DNA of 64,000 bases, from the NCBI GenBank assembly GCA_021613535.1, contig CP075492.1, positions 5,642,001 through 5,706,000 of the forward strand. The letters run 5' to 3'. The position numbers were made by a program, and so were the translations under genes. Below the pieces are notes generated by a model. The model searched no databases, was not told where the DNA came from, and saw only the letters and a list, made by a program, of their open reading frames with translations. The DNA comes from Adineta vaga (lineage: Eukaryota; Animalia; Rotifera). Shown here in pieces: positions 1 to 18,064 of the stretch (position 1 is the stretch's first letter; each line of letters opens with the position of its first letter).

Positions 1-1378
1 AAATAAACTACATACCACATTGATTTAAAGTTGCATCATAATATTTATTGTTAGCACAATTACATGTATAATCAGGTAAATATTGTGAACAATTACAATA
101 GCCTGCTACTGGTGGACAAATTAATGTTGGAATACAATCATTATCATAGGCACATGTATCCGAATAATTACGACGTAAATCTAAAATAACAAAAATCATT
201 TGTTTCATTGAAAATAACAATCGCTCTTGACTTTCTTACAGCATCGTTCAAAATTCCAATCCCAAAAACTATCCGCACCACATACACATCGACTGTTATT
301 ACAAGAAAGTCCACGAGCTGAATCGCATTGTGCAGAGCCAACGACACATGTTTCATTAACTTTACGTTGTGTTTCTAGAAATATTAGACTTGATACAAAC
401 AAACACAAAGGCTTTCTCTCTCATATCTTACCACAAAGACTTGATGAATTTAAAAATGTTGCCGATGGACATGAACATGCTGATACATTCCATGCTTTTG
501 TTGCCGTACACGAACAAGTCCCATTACAAGCGAGTCCAGCTGATGATTTACATTGAGCTGAACCAACTGCACATGTGTCGCCATAAGTCAATGTATTGTT
601 GAGAATAAGTGTGCCTAATAAATTCGATCATTTCAACGGCAAATTCAGTATTAAATTTCAAACTTACAACTACTGTTTGTTGTATTGTATGTATAATACG
701 CATTGCATTTACAAAGACTATTCGTACAAACAAGTTGTAATGATGAATCACATTGACTTGATGATGTACAACCATCGTTATATTTCAAATACGAACCTAA
801 AATACAATGAAATTGAATTAGTTCTTTCCGAAAATAGTTCGATTGTTACATGAATTAGCTGTCGAATTCCATGTTAAAGAAGAAGTGCATACACAAAATC
901 CATTTGGACAATAGAGATTTTTTGATGACATACATTGACTTGAACCAGGATTACATGCTTCATTGTATGAAAGTGAATTATCAGCTGCAGTTGATGCTAA
1001 AATAGAATAAGGTAATTTCAATACATCTAAGCTCTTGATTAAAAAAAGAATAGACATACATTTTTGGCTAACTACTGCACCTACAACAGCTCCAATAACA
1101 ATTGCAAGTAAAACAGCACCACCAATAACGATACCAATGACAGCTTTTTTTTGTTTTTTAGGTTTGTCATCAAATATACCTTTCTAATTAACACAAAAAA
1201 GCGATGATATAGAAAAACATTCAGATCAATATGTATAACTTACATTCTTTAAATTCGGATCCCATGATGGTTGTCTATTGAAACCCTGTCCTTGATCTTC
1301 ATTTCCTGGAATTTGTCTTATTTGAACATTATCTTGAAATTGAATATTTCTCGGCGTTACTCGCGCTTGCTTTTGCAT
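1..1378 (-). CDS. Type II membrane protein with Cys-rich EGF/EB-like repeats (multi-exon, runs off the window start)
   Basis: ATG at 1378 (MQKQARVTPRN...). A single hydrophobic segment (AVIGIVIGGAVLLAIVIGAVVGAVV) is followed by Cys-rich modules such as YNEACNPGSSQCMSSKNLYCPNGFCVCTSSLTW and NETCVVGSAQCDSARGLSCNNSRCVC. Short GT-AG introns. Confidence 0.75.
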
Positions 1379-2313
1379 GACGATTGCTTAATGTAATCGT
1401 CTAACAACCAACAGAAACGTCTTTTTATTTTATGTTACTACCGAAAATATTTAAAGTAGAAAGAAGTGTAAACAATTTTTCTTTTTCGTTGCAAAATCGA
1501 CGCTTTTTTTTCGTTTATGAAATCGAAAGAGTGAAGAAAAAAAATGGAACATACTGTTTGTTTTTGTCATCAAAAACAAAACAAACTGTGAGTTTCAATA
1601 TGATCATGCGTTAAAACTAACAGCAAAGAGAGAGAAAAGCATTAACAGATTTCACTTTATGTATTTACCTTTCAATGATTAACTAATGGAATTCAGTCAT
1701 TTAACAAATGGGCGTTTTTCATTTCGTTGTCCAAAGAGAAAACGTTATTTCACTACAACCCACGTTATTGAATTATCTTGTATTTGAAAAACACATGAGA
1801 ATAAGTTTTAGATAGTTAAAAATAACATTTCGGTCCAATTACCTTTTCGTAAAAAGATAATCAAAAGGAAATTTTTTCAATTTATGAAATAAATATATGA
1901 ATGTTGTTTTTGCAAATATATTTATTTTAACTATTGTAAACGATATGGTCTGTTTGCTTTTCGTCAACTATTCGACTTCAAATATTTTGGCCTTTATATG
2001 GATTTATATGCATAAATACGTGAATTTAATGCGGATATTGAAAGATTTCTTTACTTGCGATAGATATTTTTGACTTTCAAAGTATAAATTTCATGATAAC
2101 AATGTATGACTAATTTCTTCCGTCGATTAGAGAGATAGTTGTCAGCGTTCGCTGTCCTTCACTGATAAAATATAAAAGAAAATCTTTTGTTTTATGAATC
2201 ATTTTTCTTGCATATAATAAGATCAACATTGTCTTTTCATGTTTTACTTTGTGAGTTAGTATATTCATACAGATAGTGACGTCAACAATATCTTTTTTTC
2301 CATAATCATCGAA

Positions 2314-3608
2314 ATGAATCGACTTTTTGGTAATTCAAAATCGAATGCAGTCCCTAGACCAACATTAAATGATACAGCAGCGACAATTGATTCACGAGTG
2401 GAAACGATCAATAAACAAATCGCTGCAGTTGATCAAGGTTAATTGATAAAAGAAGGACATATATTCACATGAATATCTAATTAATTCATTTCAGAATTAC
2501 AAGCATATAGTCGATTACCTCCGGCGAGAAAAGTTTGTCAATTGAATGATGAAACCATATTAATATACATTCAATTTGTTTATAGGCTAGTCAAAAATCA
2601 CGTGCAGTGGCACTTCTTAGTAAAAAGAAAATGTAGATAGATCAATTTCTTGTTTTCTTCCAAGATTTTTGTTTTAATCAATGAATACATTTAGGTATGA
2701 AAAGCAACGTATGAATTTAGAAGGACAAGCATCTAATATTGGTGCGACAGCTTTTGCTGTTAGTAATATTGAAACACAAAAACAAATGGTAGAAATGATT
2801 AGTTTTCAATTTTATTTGAATCTATGCGATTATTTTATAGTACAATGGATTACGAGATGCGAAAACACAATTAGCAAAAGGTTATAAAGATTTAAAAATC
2901 GATAAAGTTGAAGTAAGTATAATAATGATAGTGTATAGAAAAATAATTGTAGAAGAAATATTCTACAATTCAATAAAGTCTATAATTAAATTCAAGAATG
3001 ACTGGATAAGTAAAGATTTGATTATAAAAAAAAAGAGTTACTATCATAAAATAGCTCTTCAATAAGAGTTTAAGATTGAAATGAAGTGTAACAATCGTTT
3101 ATATGATTCTTTTCAAGTGTAAGAATATTTCACACTTAATTCAACATACAGGGTACATATTTGAAGCTTAATCAATTGTTAAATGCTATTCTTAGGCACT
3201 TATGGATGATCTTGATGATCAACTTCTTGATCAAGAAGATATGAATGAGATGTTCAGTCGACCTATCGGTCAAGATACATGTATGACTGATGCTGATCTT
3301 GAAAATGGTATTTACGAAAAGAAATATTACATTCGAACTAATTTCTTTTAAATTCTTTTCAAGAATTAGCTAATCTTGCTGAATCTGAATATGGTATGGA
3401 CTCAAATGCTATGTATAATGATTTACATGCACCTAGTGTGCCTGTTCAACCGATTGATACTGGTTTTACTCCTGCACCGCCGACAGCAACAGTTCGTATT
3501 TCATATTATTTTCATCTTTCATAAATATTGTTTAATTTCCATTAGGGTAGTGTTGCCGTTGATGAATTTGGTCTACCAAAACTTTCAGCAACAGGAATGA
3601 AAAGTTAA
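2314..3608 (+). CDS. CHMP5: ESCRT-III SNF7-family protein, CHMP5/Vps60-like (multi-exon)
   Basis: Spliced translation MNRLFGNSK...PTLNDTAATIDSRVETINKQIAAVDQEL...KKKMYEKQRMNL...KIDKVEALMDDL...VDEFGLPK. The MNRLFG start and VDEFGLP end are typical of CHMP5. Confidence 0.85.
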
Positions 3609-3665
3609 ATGTAATTTGTTTTCTATATAGTATTTTATTTACAAATAAAAATTTAATGATTCATT

Positions 3666-4202
3666 TTAAAAACATTTTTTATAACAAGACATTCTACCCA
3701 TAATAGTCCATCTGACACAACGACATTTACCTGAACAACATTGATAATCTCGAGCACAAAAACTATCGGTTAAACGACATGCTTCTTGACTTGTAGCACC
3801 TAGATGTGTTCCAGGTCCACCATATGAATAATAATACGACGAAGATATTGGTAACATAAATGATGAGGGTTGACCGAGATCACGTAAATCACGTGCAAAT
3901 TGTTCAGGATGAAAACGACGAGATTGAACAAATGTTGGAGAACGTTCTCGAGTACGAAAGTTTTTATATTGTTGTTTATAAAAAACTTTTGATGGATTAA
4001 CACCCAATTTTGATGGATCAGTATTTAAATTTGTCGGACGAATTCGACCAGATGATTGACCGTAAAGTTCTTTAACTAAAATATTTATTTTTCTTTCTTC
4101 TCAAGAATTATTTTCAATTAGAATGAATTATTTACCTGCATCAAGTTGACGCTTATTTGTTAACAAAACAAAAACAGTTCCAAAAAGAATTAATCGTATC
4201 AT
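3666..4202 (-). CDS. Secreted precursor with C-terminal 8-Cys knottin (agatoxin-like framework) peptide, 2 exons
   Basis: Hydrophobic N-terminus MIRLILFGTVFVLLT, intron ~4077-4135, propeptide, then CRLTDSFCARDYQCCSGKCRCVRWTIMGRMSCYKKCF*. Confidence 0.7.
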
Positions 4203-5045
4203 GTGGACTTTTCTTTGTCAGAAGACACACCTACAAAATGAAGTTGAACTTTTTTTTTCTTCTCTTAACAGAATGACGACGGTCATATCTTTTTCTTAAC
4301 AGGTCATACACTGATATTGTCTCTCGTTCTTTCTCTTCCGTCGAGCAGACGACTAAGACAGAGAGAGAGGTCATATAATCTTGAGAACGGAAAAAGATAT
4401 AAAGCTGATTGACATTGCTCACCTAGTCAAATATTTAGAAAGGGATGAAATTTACTTTCAAGTCGACCGGTACTAAAGTTAAAAAACGTATGCATACACA
4501 GCAAGAATGAGTAGATAAATCTTTTAAAAAATCAAAGTTTGGATAATTAATAAACCAGGAGAACAAATTTATTTTCTATCTTCAAATGTTCTCATACATC
4601 GTTTTACGATATCATTAAGAACACGACTGATCTATTTCGAACATTCATAGTCTTAATGGTACTTTGACTTATGGATATAAAAAGCATTGAAGATAATTAA
4701 TTAGCATGATGTTGCATTTGTTCACGTTTCTTAAAAGCAAAATGTTTCAACCACTGATATTCAAACTATGGATGTAGAGTAAATCTATTTTTTGAATCAT
4801 CATTTACTAAAGCGTACACCTTCAATCTCTTTAACTTTTTATAATAACTGTCGAACTGTCTCAGAAACAGAAGACAATCTTCATGCGACCTCCAAACTCT
4901 ACTTTTCGTGCGTTTCATAACAGGTTCGGTATGGTATAGAGTCGCTACTATAAATGTTTGTACTATCTTTTTTTATCATGACGAATAAGGTAAGAAAAGA
5001 GACTGCATATAAAAGAACCGTCAGATACATATCTATTTGCATACT

Positions 5046-6572
5046 ATGTTATTAATATTCTTTGTTTCTGTATGCGTAACATTGCTATGTTTTACTCTAC
5101 TGACTATCTATTGGAAAATAATTCGTCCATCGAAATCTATCTACGATATTCTTTGGAGTCAAGGTGTGCCCAGTGAACCTTTTATTCCAATTATTGGTCA
5201 AACACTTGAATTACGTCGTTATCGTGAAGAAGGTCAATTATTAGAATATCATAAAAAATTAACGAAAAAATATGGATTACGTTATGTGTTCAGTATGGGT
5301 CCGTATCCTCGTCTTGTTATTCAAGAACCTGAATTAATTGGTGATGTTCTTGGACGAACACAAGCCGAACATTTCTATAAACCAGCTGATCTTAGTTTTC
5401 GTTTAAAACCTTTGATTGGTACTCAAAATCTTCTTGTTAGTAATGGTAAAGAACATGATCGTGCACGAAAAATGCTAAATCCTGCATTTCATTCTGATAA
5501 TCTTCAATCTATGATATCAATTATGACCGAGCATACGATGAAAGCAATTCATAATCTTCTTGAATCATCTTCAACTATTGATCTAGCTAAACAATTCAAT
5601 AGTTTAACATTATCGATTATTATTTCAAGTGCATTAGGAACAAATTCGGAAGTCGATTCGAATACTGAAGAAATCATTGCACAAACATTTAAAGAAATTT
5701 TAGCAGCTCTTTTTTATCGTCTTGCACGAATGATCATGTTTATTCCTATTGTATCACAATTACCATTCTGGAAAAAGAATATTATTGATCAAGGTAGTAA
5801 AGAACTGGATAGATTCATACAAAAAATTATCAATGATCGACGACAAGGACGGTCACAGAGTCAATGTATTAATGCAGATCTTCTTGATTTACTTGTCTCT
5901 GCTGTTGATAATCAAGGACATGAATTTACGAATCAAGAAATTAAAGATCAAGCATTAACATTTATTCTCGCCGGTCATGAAACAACAAGTAATTTGATGG
6001 AATGGATAATGTATGAATTAATGACAAATCCATCTGTATATCAAGCTTGTCAAGATGAAGTCGATCGAGTTTTACCCAATGGTCTTATTCCAACTTATGT
6101 ACATTTGAATCAATTACCAATTATTGAATCTGTCTTACAAGAGACACTTCGTTTGTATCCACCGGCACCATTCTTTATTCGCCAATGTATTCATGAACAA
6201 ACAATAGGAAAGACAACGAATCATCCATTACGAATTCCAATTGGAACAACAATTCTTGTTAATGCATATGCCGTTCACCGACGAACTGAATTTTGGTCAC
6301 GACCAAATGAATTTGATTATACACGATGGTTACGTGATCCAACTACTGGTTTAAAACCTAAACTATCACATCCTTTTTGTTATCTACCATTTGCTGCTGG
6401 ACCACGAAATTGTATCGGTCAAAATTTTGCTTTACTAGAAGCTAAAGTTATATTAGCCATGTTTGTACAACACTGCCATTTTGAATTAGAAGCAGGACAA
6501 CAGATAATACCTGAAATTCGAATAACTATGCGACCTAAATATGGTCTTCGAGCACGAATTAGTAAAAGATAA
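5046..6572 (+). CDS. Cytochrome P450, intronless
   Basis: N-terminal TM anchor, I-helix AGHETT, K-helix ETLR, heme motif PFAAGPRNCIG. First ATG is at 5046. Confidence 0.95.
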   Translation: MLLIFFVSVCVTLLCFTLLTIYWKIIRPSKSIYDILWSQGVPSEPFIPIIGQTLELRRYREEGQLLEYHKKLTKKYGLRYVFSMGPYPRLVIQEPELIGDVLGRTQAEHFYKPADLSFRLKPLIGTQNLLVSNGKEHDRARKMLNPAFHSDNLQSMISIMTEHTMKAIHNLLESSSTIDLAKQFNSLTLSIIISSALGTNSEVDSNTEEIIAQTFKEILAALFYRLARMIMFIPIVSQLPFWKKNIIDQGSKELDRFIQKIINDRRQGRSQSQCINADLLDLLVSAVDNQGHEFTNQEIKDQALTFILAGHETTSNLMEWIMYELMTNPSVYQACQDEVDRVLPNGLIPTYVHLNQLPIIESVLQETLRLYPPAPFFIRQCIHEQTIGKTTNHPLRIPIGTTILVNAYAVHRRTEFWSRPNEFDYTRWLRDPTTGLKPKLSHPFCYLPFAAGPRNCIGQNFALLEAKVILAMFVQHCHFELEAGQQIIPEIRITMRPKYGLRARISKR

Positions 6573-7048
6573 GTGATTTGTAATTCATTTCTCATCAATA
6601 TTGTCTGTTTGATTGTACTCAATGATGCATCATTCTTTTCTGTTTATTTATTCTACAAAAAAGAAACTATTGTCTGATGATGAAAATCATTGGAACGTAA
6701 TTATTCTTCAAAAGAACTGATAGGTTTATTAGATAAACTGTAATTCAATTGTTTGTTTCATCAAGCATAGATTTTTTTTTGTTGTTTATATTCTATATTA
6801 AATATCGGAATTTTCACGCTTATCGGATATTTATTAATGGTGAAAAAACGGCGAATGTCTTTTCTTCCCTCTCAAATTCAATAATACGAAAATTGAATTG
6901 TAAGATATAAATAAATGATTTTCTTATGGAATATTGTCTGTGGTAATGAGTTCAATAGATTTTATTGATCAAGAAAAGAAAATCACAAAAGAATAAAATA
7001 ATTTTTCTGGAATGTTCTGTTTTTTTTATGAGTAAATTTATTTGTCTT

Positions 7049-13362
<6,314 letters not shown>

Positions 13363-13430
13363 AGCTGTTAGACGTACAAGTTTGTTATAAAAATTTCAGC
13401 TGATGATAAAAAGTAAAACAACTCAAACAT

Positions 13431-13463
13431 ATTGCCATTGACAATGGATGTAACTATAACAAA
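13431..13463. promoter_or_regulatory. Candidate RFX X-box-like motifs in the tektin/SCOC divergent intergenic region
   Basis: GTAACTATAACAAA (13450-13463) is one mismatch from GTHNYYATRRNAAC. ATTGCCATTGACAAT (13431-13445) is a looser match. Both lie ~70-100 bp upstream of the ATG of a motile-cilia gene. Confidence 0.35.
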
Positions 13464-13698
13464 GCCCTCATCATGCGAATCGATAGATGTCGCTAGAAAA
13501 TTTTTCCAAATCAATTCGATTTGATTTTTTATTCTGAGAAAAAAAACATAAAAAGTTTTTTTTATTAAATTCTGATCGATATTCAATTTGAAATACAAAC
13601 TTGACTTTTTTTTCCTTCGGGATTGCTTGTTTTGATCATTGTTTACCAGTTCATATACATACATATACTCATTCGAACGGAAGACAAGACATCTCATC

Positions 13699-14031
13699 AT
13701 GGCTCAAACTTCGGATAATGATCAAAGTTCAATGGCTGCAACTATTATTACCAATAATAATAATGGAAATAATATCGAAAGTGATCCTGATTCATTATCA
13801 ACACATTCGCGTACATCTTACGACTTAAATTATAATTCCGAAGAAGAAGAAGAAAAACAACGTTTAATCAATCAAGTGTTAACATTACAGAAAACTCTTG
13901 ATGATCTTTCACATCGTGTTGATAGTGTCAAGGAGGAAAATTTTAAATTACGTTCAGAAAATCAAGTTCTAGGACAATATATTGAAAATTTAATGGCTGC
14001 ATCGAATGTTTTTCAAATGACAAATAAATAA
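13699..14031 (+). CDS. SCOC: Short coiled-coil protein (SCOC/UNC-69)
   Basis: [56 protein letters not shown] is near-canonical SCOC. Confidence 0.95.
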   Translation: MAQTSDNDQSSMAATIITNNNNGNNIESDPDSLSTHSRTSYDLNYNSEEEEEKQRLINQVLTLQKTLDDLSHRVDSVKEENFKLRSENQVLGQYIENLMAASNVFQMTNK

Positions 14032-14680
14032 ATTGATTTTGTTTTTTTCGTACGATAATTTGATCGATTTTCTAGTCAGCATAAAACGGGAGAAACAATA
14101 TTAATCAACGCTTTTTTTCTGTATTGTGTTTTGTTTTTGTATACATTTTAATCTCGTTTTTATTCGAAATAAATATGGATATTATCGCTAGATGCAAAAT
14201 GATCGTATTATTTATTTTCAACTTTCAAATCATAGATATTTGATTGAGAGAGTTTATGGGAAATATCTTTTTTTTCGTCAATTGTTTGAATAAACAAACG
14301 ATAGTAAATATATATATATTCAGTTTAATCATAAGTAGCAAAACAAAAGTCAAACGCGAAAAACAAGAAAGAAAAAAAAACGTTCTCTATTCATTTTTTT
14401 TTGTCTTTACAGATCATCATTCTCCAACGTGTCAATAGTGGCCTGAGGATAAGAGACAATAAAACTAAAAAACAGAATGAAACAAAAGCAATGATTAGAG
14501 TAATACACGCACACACATATACAATAAATTTTGTCATAATGATATTCAGATACACATAGCCAATTGATACCGGAAGATAAAAATATATATATATATGATG
14601 TGAATCAGTTTCATTTCATGGCAAATCACAGCTAAGACAAGAAAGAAAAACATGGAATGTAAGAAAAAGAAATGAAAGAG

Positions 14681-17600
14681 TTAAGCTAAGGTTGATATCG
14701 TTTGTTGAACAGGTTCATTTGTATGATCAATTGATAAAGAATTACTTTCTAAATCTTCATCTTCTTCATCAAGATCATCTTCATTTTCGCCTTCGTCATC
14801 ATCGTCATCTTCGTCAGTTAATTCACTGGAATCATCTTCATCTGTTGAATTTTGTGGTAAAGTTTCATCACGATTTGCTTGAAGATGATATGATGATGTC
14901 GATGGAATTAATGGCATTGCTGATGTGGAATCAAGGAGAGATAACATTACAGATGGTTGAGATAAATGTTTCTTCATATGTCGATCAAGATTGGTTTGTT
15001 GACCAAAACATTTATCACAATGTGTACAACGAAATGGTCGTTCACGTTTATGAATATTTCGGATATGTCGTTGTAAATTGGATGAAATGGAAAAGCTTCG
15101 ATTACAGAATTTGCAAACATATGGTTGTTCTCGTGAAAAAAAAGAAAGAAAACGAAATACATGATTAGAATTTTCATAGAAATTCGTCTAATAGAAATAA
15201 CTCGAATACGAATAGTTAAGTATACTTATCTGTATGTGTTCTTAGATGTCGAGTCAAATTGGCACTTCGTGGAAATGTTTTCGAACAGTATGAACAGCAG
15301 TATCGATCTCGGTTTCGAATAGACATTGCTGGTGTTGGTAGAAGATCATTTGTAAGAAACTTTTTCTCTATTAATGACATATTCGGTGGACTTGATGATG
15401 ATGATACTGGTGTTAATGGTCTATGTTCATCATATTCTTTAATTTGTTTTTTTGTTAATGATAATAACTGTTGATGTTGATCATCTTCTTCTTCATCGTC
15501 ATCATCTTCGTCATCTTCATCATTCTGTTCTTTTTTAAACTTTTTCTCATGATTATCTCCGAAAACATGTGAAACACGTTGACAATTGATATCAATTCGT
15601 TTATTTCCAATTGAATAATCAATTGGTTGATCAAAAGATAAGTGTCTTGTGCGTTTCAATGTTTTAGATAAATCAATAGGTTCTTCAATTTTCTTCGTTA
15701 GTGGTAGTGGTAGGGGTGGTGGCGGTGGTGGTGTACAAGCAGTTTTAATAAATGGAAGTAATGCAGATAAATCTGAAGTAATCATTCCATTTCGTTCTTT
15801 ACATGAACTTCTACGAAGAAAATGTTCTTTTTTTTCTAACAAAGAAAGTTTATAAAAAAGATAGATTACCGATGTTTATTCAAAGCAACAGGACTTTGAA
15901 ACGTTTGTCGACAATCTTTACATTCAATTTGTGCTTTAGCATTCGCATGCGAACGTTTATGTCGACATAGATTAGAAAATTGAGTATACGATTTAGTACA
16001 AAACTAAAACAAAATAATAACAATAGAATCGATATTTTCCTTTTTCGAATTGCATTTCTTCTTACTTCACATTTCCATGGTTTAACACTTGAATGAATAT
16101 TTCGATGTTGTTTTAAACCCGATGATGTTTGAAAACTTTTGCCACAATCATTACATGTATAAAGACGATTTTCACATTCACTTGCTTCACTTGAGTTGGA
16201 TGTATTTTGATGATTATTTATAGGTTCGTACATTCTAAAATAGATACTCAAATAGATTTCTTCCTTGCCGGAAGTTGTCGTCTTCTAACGACGACATACA
16301 TTCTTTTAAATTAAAGTTTGACTGATTAAATATGAATTAGAGAGAGAGACAGACAGAGCAAAGAGACACACACATATGCACACTGTCTTTTTTTTCCTTC
16401 TCTCCTCTTCAGTGTATTAAAATTCAACAGAATAACATTATTGTTTTCACATCTCTGCTCAAGGCATTCTTTCTCTCGTTATTCAATAATATTAACAACA
16501 AACCAATATTCTAATTAACAGTTTTTTCTTTCCCCCAATAAGAATAACAATATACACCCAATGGCGAATATGAATGAATCTTTTCTTACCTTTGTTCACG
16601 ATTATCTTGTTCATTTTCATCAGGTTCCATTAATAAATGATCATTTATTATTGGTTCTTCTAGTGCTAGAATATTCAAAAGAAGAAAGAAAGAAAAATGA
16701 AAGATAAAGTAGACATCGATCAATGTGAATGTCTTTCTTTACCTTCTTCATCTTGATTTGTACATCTCATTATGATTCGTTTTCTATTTTGTTCGTCCTC
16801 TGCATTTTCATTTGTCAATTGAAAATTATTTGATTTATTAATAATCGTTGGTTGTTCTAAATGGATAAAATTCAATTTCACACATCAGAAACGATATCAT
16901 TATCCATCAATTCGTTCGATCAATACATTTCTGCATGTTTCAAAGAAATAAAAAATGATAATGAGTATATAGATGTGTCTCATCCATTTGGTGCCCTGCT
17001 TGCTACCTGATGACTTACTTGACATGCTTGCCTTGTTCTCATTCAAATGAAAAGACATGAAATTGTCGTTGAATGAATTTTATCTTTTCTCCCTCTCTCT
17101 CTCTCTCTCTCTCTCACTCCTTTTTCTTCTCATTCTCTTTCTCTTACTTGAATATGACTTAAAAAGAGACATGCCAATATATTTCTTTCGTTCTCCTTCA
17201 GACAAATGATTCCACCTGAGCGAATTCGTTGTTGAATCTTTCATTCTTTTCTTTCTTTTCGTTCGAGCTAGCTCGAAGGGTAATTATATCTTTTTCTCTC
17301 TTTACTCAATTTTCAGACGATGATTATCCATGCTGTGAGCTTGTCACCTCATTCATAAGAGAGAGAGAATCTAGATAGATATCGTAAATATGACACTGCT
17401 GTCTTTCTCTCTCTCTCTCTTCTACTCCTTTTTTTTATGATCGTGTGTAATCCTCAACTGAATCAACATACATAGAATGAAGATAATATTCAGACAACAA
17501 ACGCGAGGTAAAGTGAAAGGAAGAGATAAGTTTTCGATGTGCACATCTCGAATTTTTTTTTGTTAAATGCACACACCTACACAGGTCAATATTTGTCCAT

Positions 17601-18064
17601 TTTTTTTCTCTTCATAATCATCATCATCATCATCAGTCGCCGCATCCTAGACAGATAATAGGCTCTATTAACTGAAGTATGTATGTGAGATAAAACTGAC
17701 TGACAAAGAATCATATTACATGTTTCATGTTCAAGATAATATTCGTCTTTTATACCTTAATTCGATGTCTTATGATATTTCGAAACGATCATAGATGTAT
17801 TGTCTTGAAAATTTGAAAGAAGAAGAAAAAAAATCAAACGAATTGAATGTATGTTTGTTCATCGTGATTTTTATCATCAATAACAACAATGAGAGGATTA
17901 GGATGATATGTATTTAAATAATTATCAAACAAGATTTGTTCCTGTCAATTAACACATCTCAACTTACCATGTTGAACGGAAGAGGATGGTGATGATGTTG
18001 TCGGTGGTGGTGGTGGTGATGATGATGTTAGAAGACGTTTGGCTGCTTTCGTTTTTAGCCGCAT
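14681..18064 (-). CDS. MECOM: EVI1/MECOM/PRDM16-like (hamlet/EGL-43) C2H2 zinc-finger transcription factor, 7 exons
   Basis: N-terminal fingers [24 protein letters not shown] and [13 protein letters not shown]. CtBP-type motifs PIDLS/PIDYS. C-terminal fingers [43 protein letters not shown]...[15 protein letters not shown], then an acidic tail. Upstream exons (18064-17968, 16856-16743, ~16665-16590) splice in phase. Confidence 0.9.
15133..15229 (-). other. Non-canonical AT-AC intron (97 nt) with U2-type signals
   Basis: The minus strand reads ...CAT ACA G|ATAAGT...TTCTAATC...TTTTTTTCAC|GA GAA CAA CCA TAT. Removing it restores the HTGEQPY linker, and no nearby GT-AG pair restores the frame. 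Confidence 0.8.
17093..17115. repeat. (CT)n microsatellite in intron 1 of the EVI1-like gene
   Basis: Direct reading: ctctctct ctctctctct ctctc. Confidence 0.85.

Noticed and set aside
227-853. Plus-strand ORFs overlapping the Cys-rich gene
   Set aside because: Antisense shadows of the minus-strand coding exons.
15130-15225. Canonical GT-AG alternative to the AT-AC intron
   Set aside because: Using GT at 15225 and AG ending at 15130 shifts the frame and destroys the downstream zinc fingers.
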